NCBI GenBank assembly: GCA_021813435.1
Contig: JAKAKR010000013.1
Coordinates: 67,494 to 91,493, forward strand
Reading direction: 5' to 3'
From: Nanobdellota archaeon
GTDB taxonomy: Archaea; Nanobdellota; Nanobdellia; Woesearchaeales; UBA9642
Length of the DNA: 24,000 nt
The notes under the pieces are model-generated. The model was not told the origin of the DNA and did no database searches. It saw nothing but the letters and a program-made list of their open reading frames with translations. The position numbers and the translations under genes are program-made. How positions within the stretch are numbered: the stretch's first letter is position 1; the number at the start of each line of letters is the position of its first letter. Positions 8,024-13,599 of this stretch are shown piece by piece.

Positions 8024-8048
8024 CCTTTTAGGACTTCTTTCTAAAAGG
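8024..8048 (+). other. 8-bp hairpin CCTTTTAG-N9-CTAAAAGG just 3' of tRNA-Ser
   Basis: Perfect inverted repeat read directly. It overlaps the SD (AAGGTGA) of the DUF302 gene. Confidence 0.5.
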
Positions 8049-8056
8049 TGAAAAAC

Positions 8057-8449
8057 ATGAAACAAAACATATATGGATACAAAAAGGAGGTATGATTCTC
8101 TTTTTCTGAAGCAATAGACAAGACAAAAATCGAATTACAAAAAGAGGGATTTGGTGTTTTAACTGAAATTGATGTAAAAGCTACACTAAAAAAGAAGCGT
8201 GATGTTGATTATGATACTGATGTTATTCTCGGTGCATACAATCCTCCACTTGCATACCACGCATTACAGGCAGAAAAAGAAATCGGATTATTTCTACTGT
8301 GTCATATCATCATTTACGATATTAAGGGAGAAACATTTGTTTCAGCAATACTTCCAACACAAACAATGGCTGTAATCCATAATCCGGTTCTTGAATTGTT
8401 TGCTCCTGAAGTGGAGAAAAAATTAAAGCACGTCATTGATATGGTATAA
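8057..8449 (+). pseudogene. DUF302-domain protein gene interrupted by an in-frame TGA at codon 13 (8093-8095)
   Basis: Not in the ORF track. Hand translation gives MKQNIYGYKKEV*FSFSEAIDKTKIELQKEGFGVLTEIDVKATLKKKRDVDYDTDVILGAYNPPLAYHALQAEKEIGLFLLCHIIIYDIKGETFVSAILPTQTMAVIHNPVLELFAPEVEKKLKHVIDMV*. This matches the DUF302 pattern on both sides of the stop (sfeEA...L+eeGFGVLteIDvkatlkkK ... ILGAcNPplAy.AL.ae.eiGllLPCnv.vy). SD AAGGTGA lies 5-6 nt upstream of the ATG. Confidence 0.75.
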
Positions 8450-8522
8450 AAGAGTATACTCTTATTATTCATAAATTATTAAAACAACCTCAGCAGTATA
8501 AGCGATATTGAGGTGTAAATTA

Positions 8523-9032
8523 ATGGAAAACGATAACTTACGATGCGAAGCCTGTAATAGAGAGTTTACAAGTCAAGAAGCCATAGATTCTCATAATAAA
8601 TCGAAACACCATCATTCTCAAAAACAGAATCATACATTTCCTACAAAGACCGTAGCAATAGTTGTGGTGTTGATGCTTGCGATTATCGGCGTTGCTGCAT
8701 TTATCGTCGTTGGACACAAGACGGCCAATACTCCTGCTGGAAACACAATAAATCCCTCGTCCAGTGATACTGTACAGACGGCAACACTACGTGTGTCTGG
8801 ATCAAATTATATTCTCGAACCTTCAACATTTAAGAAAGATATTCCTGTAAAACTCATTGCAAATATCAACAGTATGCCGGGATGTTCTAAATCAGTAACC
8901 ATACCTGCATTTGGAATATTAAAATATGTGACTGCAAATGATAATAGTATAACATTTACACCAACCAAAACAGGAACATTCAGTATTGCTTGTTCAATGA
9001 GCATGTATACGGGAACGTTTACTGTAGAATAA
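8523..9032 (+). CDS. C2H2 zinc finger / single TM / cupredoxin-like (PF13473-type) fusion protein
   Basis: The N-terminus CEACNREFTSQEAIDSHNKSKH fits C-x2-C-x12-H-x4-H. TM segment VAIVVVLMLAIIGVAAFIVVG. The C-terminal part LRVSGSNYILEPSTFKKDIPVKLIANINSMPGCSKSVTIPAFGI...ITFTPTKTGTFSIACSMSMYTGTFTV resembles the small cupredoxin_1 domain (C...C.M.M ligand-like pattern). SD GAGGTG lies 7 nt upstream of the ATG at 8523. Confidence 0.75.
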   Translation: MENDNLRCEACNREFTSQEAIDSHNKSKHHHSQKQNHTFPTKTVAIVVVLMLAIIGVAAFIVVGHKTANTPAGNTINPSSSDTVQTATLRVSGSNYILEPSTFKKDIPVKLIANINSMPGCSKSVTIPAFGILKYVTANDNSITFTPTKTGTFSIACSMSMYTGTFTVE

Positions 9033-9079
9033 TGGTTTTCCCATATAGAAACTTTTAATCTTATTCCTTTATTCTTTTA

Positions 9080-9386
9080 TTAAATCGTATGATTGTAAAA
9101 ATCCCTCATTTGTTTATAATCTTTGAGAAATTTAACTCCTTTTTTTGTTAATGCATACGTTCTTTTTTTGATCTCTACACTGTAATAAATTGTTTTTCAT
9201 AAGTTCATTAAGATAATCTTTGAGCATGGGATGCGGTAAATTTACGGTATACATAATTTACGTAGGTTTTGCTTTTCCATCGTTATTTATAAAAATAGTG
9301 GATATAACAGCAGTATTGACAGCATAGTCAGTGCCCTTACGGCGAGCAATAGTTATAACAAAATCCGATGCAAAGGGAGATTGCAT
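9080..9386 (-). pseudogene. Decayed winged-helix regulator (COG3432-like) with an in-frame TAA and a frameshift in an A7 run
   Basis: The reverse strand reads MQSPFASDFVITIARRKGTDYAVNTAVISTIFINNDGKAKPT*IMYTVNLPHPMLKDYLNELMKNNLLQCRDQKK, then a -1 frame change in the aaaaaaa run (plus-strand T7 at 9163-9169), then RTYALTKKGVKFLKDYKQMRDFYNHTI*. The pattern ..akkT.ImY.aNL....lk.YL..L...gLl......Y.LTkKG..FL..Y is as I recall for small archaeal wHTH regulators. The N-terminal boundary is uncertain. Confidence 0.45.
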
Positions 9387-9389
9387 CGG

Positions 9390-9434
9390 GAAAATCTGTA
9401 GATTTTCTCGATGTTCTGAAAATCTTTGATTTTC
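9390..9434. promoter_or_regulatory. Two operator-like palindromes sharing the half-site GAAAATC
   Basis: GAAAATC-tgta-GATTTTC (9390-9407) and GAAAATC-ttt-GATTTTC (9418-9434). They lie between a minus-strand TATA box (9454-9460) and the putative start (9386) of the decayed wHTH gene. Confidence 0.6.
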
Positions 9435-9453
9435 ACAACAAGAGTGCATTTGC

Positions 9454-9460
9454 ATATAAA
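9454..9460 (-). promoter_or_regulatory. TATA box of the decayed wHTH gene
   Basis: The reverse strand reads aatttatatgc. The palindrome at 9418-9434 would overlap the expected transcription start. Confidence 0.45.
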
Positions 9461-9490
9461 TTACATAAACTCATTGCGAACGGACGCGAC

Positions 9491-9594
9491 TGAGCAACGC
9501 TCGCACGCGAATATAGCGTATGCTTTTGATTATTCTCCGAGTTATTTGTAATAACTGTTTTATCCTAAGATTCGCTCGGTGCGAGCGTTGCTCA
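9491..9594. repeat. Long GC-rich inverted repeat: 22-bp arms with one 3-nt bulge and a 57-nt spacer
   Basis: tgagcaacgctcgcac+gcgaat (9491-9512) pairs with attcgc+tcg+gtgcgagcgttgctca (9570-9594), giving 16 contiguous bp plus 6 bp. The spacer holds the small hairpin GTTAT-ttgta-ATAAC. It sits in a divergent intergenic region, so it is not a terminator for either neighbour. Confidence 0.75.
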
Positions 9595-9657
9595 TGATGA
9601 TATCAACACAGCGGGATATAACTATGACTCCATAAAACCAAAACGTCAAAAAGCAAC

Positions 9658-9667
9658 ATTTAAATAA
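9658..9667 (+). promoter_or_regulatory. TATA box for the methyltransferase gene
   Basis: atttaaataa lies 22-31 nt upstream of the ATG at 9689. Confidence 0.55.
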
Positions 9668-9688
9668 TATTTCCTGTTGCGCTGCGGC

Positions 9689-10330
9689 ATGGGCATGGAT
9701 GACGAATGGAAACAGGTCTATGAAGACAAGGCATTGCGCGATATCCCGGATCATGAGCGTGGTGCATGGTCCCGTGAGGGATTTGCAGAACTGCTCAAGA
9801 TAACGCAGGATCTGGTCCTGCAATTGCATGGCATCACAACCATCATTGATGTCGGCTGCGGTGTCGGCGCATACTGTAGGGCGCTCCATGACAAAGGATA
9901 TCATGTTGAGGGTGTCGATTATTCTGAGCGCATGATTGCGCGCGCAAAAGAGAGAAACCCCGGCATGACGTTCAATGTCGGCAACGGATATAACCTCGCG
10001 TATGCTGACCAGGCATTTGATCTTGCAATATCGATTGGCGCATTGCAATGCTTATATAATCATGAGCAATTTCTCCGGGAACTTGCACGAGTCGCAAGAA
10101 AGGCAATCATCATCTCAACGCATGTGAGAACACAGGAAGTGTATAATCCCAAGGCAATTCTTGCCGCAGAACTTGCAGAGGATCCCTGGCCAGTGCGCGA
10201 ATATAATGAAAGCGAAATCATCCCGATTCTTGAATCCGCAGGATTTGAAACGACCATCATCCACGAGTATGAAGGAAAGAAAATCACTGACGGATGTTTT
10301 GTCGTCGCAAAGCGGAAAGCTTTTAAATGA
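9689..10330 (+). CDS. Class I SAM-dependent methyltransferase
   Basis: Motif I is IIDVGCGVGAYCRAL, followed by GVDYSERMIARAK and FDLAISIGALQCL (Methyltransf_11/25-like). The start at ATG 9689 is supported by the TATA spacing; 9695 is an alternative. Confidence 0.85.
   Translation: MGMDDEWKQVYEDKALRDIPDHERGAWSREGFAELLKITQDLVLQLHGITTIIDVGCGVGAYCRALHDKGYHVEGVDYSERMIARAKERNPGMTFNVGNGYNLAYADQAFDLAISIGALQCLYNHEQFLRELARVARKAIIISTHVRTQEVYNPKAILAAELAEDPWPVREYNESEIIPILESAGFETTIIHEYEGKKITDGCFVVAKRKAFK
10321..10328 (+). promoter_or_regulatory. TATA box of tRNA-iMet, overlapping the methyltransferase stop codon
   Basis: ttttaaat lies 24-31 nt upstream of tRNA position 1 (10352). Confidence 0.55.
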
Positions 10331-10351
10331 CTGATTGCTCCTTACCGCCAT

Positions 10352-10447
10352 AGCGGGGTAGAGCAGTCAGGAGTGCTCGCAGGGCTCATAACCCTGAGGT
10401 CGCTAGAGGTAAGAAATTACCGGCGAATTCAAATCTAGCCCCCGCTA
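10352..10447 (+). tRNA. Initiator tRNA-Met (CAU) with a 21-nt non-canonical intron in the T arm
   Basis: Acceptor AGCGGGG/CCCCGCT with A1:U72, discriminator A. D arm GAGC-AGTCAGGAGT-GCTC. Anticodon stem CAGGG/CCCTG, with the three G:C pairs typical of initiators, and loop CTCATAA. Variable loop AGGTC. T stem GCTAG ... CTAGC with T loop TTCAAAT. A 21-nt insert separates T-stem position 53 from T54. Confidence 0.85.
10407..10427 (+). other. Non-canonical tRNA intron (about position 53/54; boundaries ambiguous by 1-2 nt)
   Basis: AGGTAAGAAATTACCGGCGAA contains the hairpin GGTAA-GAAA-TTACC. Removing it restores a 75-nt cloverleaf. Confidence 0.7.
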
Positions 10448-10462
10448 TTTTTTCTATTTTTT
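10448..10462 (+). terminator. Double oligo-T terminator after tRNA-iMet
   Basis: ttttttctatttttt follows directly after the discriminator base. Confidence 0.6.
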
Positions 10463-10493
10463 CAGTTCGTTTCATGATTTGTTTCTAGTCATT

Positions 10494-11279
10494 ATGAAAC
10501 AAATCACTCTGCTCACTGGACATTTAGGCGAAAGGCATATCTATAGATGCTGTCTTCTTAAGACAATGCAACGGGATGTATCTGAAAATGATAGAATAAG
10601 AGGTATAAAACTTCCTAAAGAAATTTCTAAAGACTTAGCATATCTCTGCGGGATATTTGCTGGAGATGGAAGCCTTGGATATCGACGAAAAAAGAATGAA
10701 TATTGCCTTAAAGTTGTGGGAAATCCTAAAGACGAGAAAGAATTTTATCATCAAGTTATTGGACCGAAATTCGAGAAAGTGTTCGGAATACTTCCGAGAA
10801 TGAAATACCATGATTCAAAAACAACTTATGGATTTAGTATCTACTCGAAATCTATATATCTATATTTAGTAAATGTTACTGGCTTGCCTTCAGGAGTCAA
10901 ATACCATTCTCTAAAAGTCCCAGATATATTTCTTGATGATAAAAAATTAACAATGGCATTTATTAGAGGAGTATTTGACACAGACGGATGTATATCTTTC
11001 AAGAAAAGGTATCGGACTGAACCCTATTATCCAACAATTAGCGTTTGTTCAAAAAGCAGAAAATTTATAGATGAAATCGCGGATATATTAAAAACTACGC
11101 AGTTAATATTCTCTGGACCATATACATATATGCAAAAAGATATGCGTATTACGCAAGGACATACTACAACGAGCCGCATCTATATTTACGGTCACAAAAA
11201 TCTTCAGATATGGATAGATACAATTGATTTTTATAGTCCTAAACATTTGGCAAAAATACAGAAATACGCAAAATTGTAA
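10494..11279 (+). CDS. Free-standing double-motif LAGLIDADG homing-endonuclease-family protein
   Basis: Two LAGLIDADG motifs: LAYLCGIFAGDGSLG and MAFIRGVFDTDGCISF. The gene is AT-rich compared with its neighbours. The start is uncertain: ATG 10494, or ATG 10566 (MQRDVSEN), which has atctatag about 20-28 nt upstream. Confidence 0.8.
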   Translation: MKQITLLTGHLGERHIYRCCLLKTMQRDVSENDRIRGIKLPKEISKDLAYLCGIFAGDGSLGYRRKKNEYCLKVVGNPKDEKEFYHQVIGPKFEKVFGILPRMKYHDSKTTYGFSIYSKSIYLYLVNVTGLPSGVKYHSLKVPDIFLDDKKLTMAFIRGVFDTDGCISFKKRYRTEPYYPTISVCSKSRKFIDEIADILKTTQLIFSGPYTYMQKDMRITQGHTTTSRIYIYGHKNLQIWIDTIDFYSPKHLAKIQKYAKL

Positions 11280-11280
11280 A

Positions 11281-11568
11281 CTATCCTTTCCCTTCTTTCA
11301 GCTGTTTGACCACTTTTTCGAATGCAGCGATCTGATTCATGGTCAATGATTTATTTTTGAGATACGCTGCCTTGATGTTTCTTAAGAACACACTCTCTTT
11401 ATAGTATTCCTCGGGGATGTCGAATAATGATTTGTACGCGGGATCAGTGATCTCTTCATTCAGCGCTCCTTTCTGGCATTCATAACAGTAGACGTATCTT
11501 TGCGATCCATACGCCATGACATAATTCTTCTTGCATCGTGCACATTTTTGCTTGAATGGGACTGCCAT
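11281..11568 (-). CDS. Small zinc-ribbon protein (CxxC...CxxC), function unknown
   Basis: MAVPFKQKCARCKKNYVMAYGSQRYVYCYECQKG is followed by a helical, charged C-terminal half. The ATG at 11568 lies 21-30 nt from a TATA box. Confidence 0.6.
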   Translation of the reverse strand: MAVPFKQKCARCKKNYVMAYGSQRYVYCYECQKGALNEEITDPAYKSLFDIPEEYYKESVFLRNIKAAYLKNKSLTMNQIAAFEKVVKQLKEGKG

Positions 11569-11588
11569 GATGATCACAACAGGCACTT

Positions 11589-11598
11589 ATTTATATAA
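11589..11598 (-). promoter_or_regulatory. TATA box for the zinc-ribbon gene
   Basis: atttatataa (near-palindromic) lies 21-30 nt upstream of the ATG at 11568. Confidence 0.55.
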
Positions 11599-11687
11599 TC
11601 TGTGAATTTGACATGCCACCCCTCATGAGCTCAATCCTTCATGATAGATTCCAGCGACAGATATGTAGTAAAAAATTGTTGAAGAAA

Positions 11688-12515
11688 TTATGCCGTAACA
11701 GGCGGAATTTTTTTGAACATAAAATAGATCCATCTATTATGCGCTATCGCAATGCGTTGATCGCGTAATTTTTCATACGCAGCGTTGAGGATTTGCTCCT
11801 GTTTTTCGCGCGGTATACCTTCAAAGAATGTAGCGGTTGCAGGAATCCTGAAAAAATGGAAAAAATCTTCTAATGACCGCGGGCCAATGTCTACGGATTC
11901 TGTCTTTATGAGCGTGAATCCTGAAAGGTTAAATAGTGTTTCGATCTGTTCTTTAGTCACGTGAGGCGTAAGTTTTCCTGTAGGTTCGAATCCTTGTGCG
12001 CGCATTTCAGAGAATAGGGTATTCATGATCAGTTTCTGGTTTGGCTCTGGACTCCCAAAATCAAAGAACTGCTGGTTGAGATTAAAGATCACTGTTCCAT
12101 CATCGCGTAGAATATGGGATATCGCAGTGATGACTTTCTCGTGATGAGGAAACTGCCAGAACGCAGAATTGCATACTACATTATCGACTTTTTCAGGGAC
12201 GACGGTATCGATATCCTGCGCGTCTGCAACAATAAAAGTGACTGCAGTTGCATTGATGATGTTTTGAGCAGTCGTTATCATGTCGCGGGAAAAGTCTATG
12301 GCATAAATTTTCTTTATTGCCGGAAAACGTTTAAGGATTTCCAGCGTGGTCAAGCCTGTCCCACATGCTAAATCTACAACAATGCTATCAGGTGTCATGT
12401 CTGCAAATGTGATCAATGCCTCATTGGTCTTCTTGTATTGCGGATATGTCAATGCATAGTCATGATATAATTTCCCGCTAATGTCCCATAGTTGTAAAAA
12501 AGGTATCACTATCAT
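11688..12515 (-). CDS. Class I SAM-dependent methyltransferase
   Basis: Motif I is VVDLACGTGLTTLEIL, followed by IYAIDFSRDMI and VDNVVCNSAFWQF. Confidence 0.85.
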   Translation of the reverse strand: MIVIPFLQLWDISGKLYHDYALTYPQYKKTNEALITFADMTPDSIVVDLACGTGLTTLEILKRFPAIKKIYAIDFSRDMITTAQNIINATAVTFIVADAQDIDTVVPEKVDNVVCNSAFWQFPHHEKVITAISHILRDDGTVIFNLNQQFFDFGSPEPNQKLIMNTLFSEMRAQGFEPTGKLTPHVTKEQIETLFNLSGFTLIKTESVDIGPRSLEDFFHFFRIPATATFFEGIPREKQEQILNAAYEKLRDQRIAIAHNRWIYFMFKKIPPVTA

Positions 12516-12530
12516 AATGCGTATGCAAAG

Positions 12531-12540
12531 TTAATAAATT
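12531..12540 (-). promoter_or_regulatory. TATA-like box for the methyltransferase at 11688-12515
   Basis: The reverse strand reads aatttattaa, 16-25 nt upstream of the ATG at 12515. Confidence 0.45.
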
Positions 12541-12604
12541 CTTCGAATTTTTTTAATTCAGGAACACATTGCTAAAGATATGTACATCAGATTAGTACAT
12601 AACC

Positions 12605-12613
12605 TTTATTAAA
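12605..12613 (+). promoter_or_regulatory. TATA-like box for Dus
   Basis: tttattaaa lies 21-29 nt upstream of the ATG at 12634. Confidence 0.5.
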
Positions 12614-12633
12614 TCGGTTTGTTTTGCGGAATC

Positions 12634-13599
12634 ATGCGTAAACTTGCAAAATTTTCATCCAAAGTATTTCTTGCGCCCATGGCAGGCATCACTGACCCTG
12701 CATTCCGATTGCTCTGCAAAGAGGAAGGTGCGGGGCTTGTTACGACTGAACTTACCAGCATCCACGCCATTGTTGCAAAGGAAAAGCAGTTATCACAGGA
12801 AAACAAGGCAATCACGCAATTTGTCGAATATTCTGAAAAGGAGCGTCCTATCGCAATCCAACTGTTTGGCAATGATATTGATCTTGCAGTCCGCGCCGCA
12901 AAGATTGTTGAACCCTATTTTGACATTATTGATTTTAATATGGGCTGTCCTGCGCCGCATATCACCCAGCAGGAAGCAGGCGCTGCACTTTTGCAGAAAC
13001 CTGTACATGTAAAAGAATTATTTGCACGGCTTGTAACATCCATCGATAAACCCGTCACCCTTAAAGTCCGTGCAGGGATAAAGAGCGATAATCCGCATCT
13101 CTACCGCGATATTGCAAAAATTGCAGAGGATTGCGGAATCGCGATGATTACACTACATGCAAGAACGCTTGAGCAGGGATATTCAGGAACTGCAGACTGG
13201 AAACTTATTGCGGATTTGAAATCCCGGGTCACTATCCCGGTTGTCGGCAATGGCGATATCAAGACTCCTGAGGATGCAAAGCGCATGATGGATGAGACAG
13301 GCTGTGATTATGTGATGATTGGACGGGCTGCGATGGGCAACCCGCAAATATTTTTGCAATGCAATGAGTACATTACCTCTGGGAGATATACGCAGATAAC
13401 AGTGCAGGATAAGGTCAAATCATTTTTGCAGTATCTTGCGTATGCAAGAGATTATGCCATAAGCCCTGCAGCAATCAAGGTGCAGGCAATGCAATTCACT
13501 AAAGGCATTCCCGGCGCGCCGGACTTGCGAAGAAAGATTAGCGCATGCAGGAGTGGAGAAGAGTTCAGAGAACTATTTACACATCATGATGATGTATAA
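12634..13599 (+). CDS. tRNA-dihydrouridine synthase (Dus family)
   Basis: LAPMAGITDPAFRLLCKEEGAGLVTTE...IAIQLFGND...IIDFNMGCPAP (catalytic Cys)...ITLHARTLEQGYSGTADW...IPVVGNGDI...VMIGRAAMGNPQIF. Confidence 0.9.
   Translation: MRKLAKFSSKVFLAPMAGITDPAFRLLCKEEGAGLVTTELTSIHAIVAKEKQLSQENKAITQFVEYSEKERPIAIQLFGNDIDLAVRAAKIVEPYFDIIDFNMGCPAPHITQQEAGAALLQKPVHVKELFARLVTSIDKPVTLKVRAGIKSDNPHLYRDIAKIAEDCGIAMITLHARTLEQGYSGTADWKLIADLKSRVTIPVVGNGDIKTPEDAKRMMDETGCDYVMIGRAAMGNPQIFLQCNEYITSGRYTQITVQDKVKSFLQYLAYARDYAISPAAIKVQAMQFTKGIPGAPDLRRKISACRSGEEFRELFTHHDDV

Noticed and set aside
8093-8095. Genome-wide TGA reassignment (code 4/25-like) as the explanation for the in-frame TGA in DUF302
   Set aside because: Several well-supported genes in the window terminate at TGA exactly where homologues end (MGMT domain 2593-2595, DJ-1 3589-3591, methyltransferase 10328-10330, ORFan A 17132-17134). 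No other gene needs TGA read through.
9490-9600. Box C/D sRNA, from CUGA at 9490-9493 and AUGAUGA at 9594-9600
   Set aside because: The order is D then C, the reverse of a linear C/D sRNA. The boxes are about 100 nt apart, there are no C'/D' boxes or guide-like spacers, and the UGA of the D box is already Watson-Crick paired in the long helix. I keep it only as a remark under the inverted-repeat finding.
7997-9600. Integrative element with att duplication of the tRNA-Ser 3' end
   Set aside because: There is no integrase gene in the window. I could not find a second copy of the tRNA 3' segment (GTGGGTTCAAATCCCAC...) at the far edge of the AT-rich region. The 11-nt similarity between 7494-7506 (reverse complement) and 8003-8013 is too short to count.
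9560-10351. Reverse-strand ORFs (162, 75 and 78 aa) opposite the methyltransferase gene
   Set aside because: The plus frame has clear SAM-methyltransferase motifs. The reverse ORFs have none, and one begins inside the inverted repeat.
12580-12600. ATGTACAT palindrome plus a nearby GTACAT in the divergent methyltransferase/Dus intergenic region as an operator
   Set aside because: An 8-bp AT-rich palindrome and a 6-mer repeat are expected by chance in AT-rich spacer DNA, and there is no second copy elsewhere in the window.
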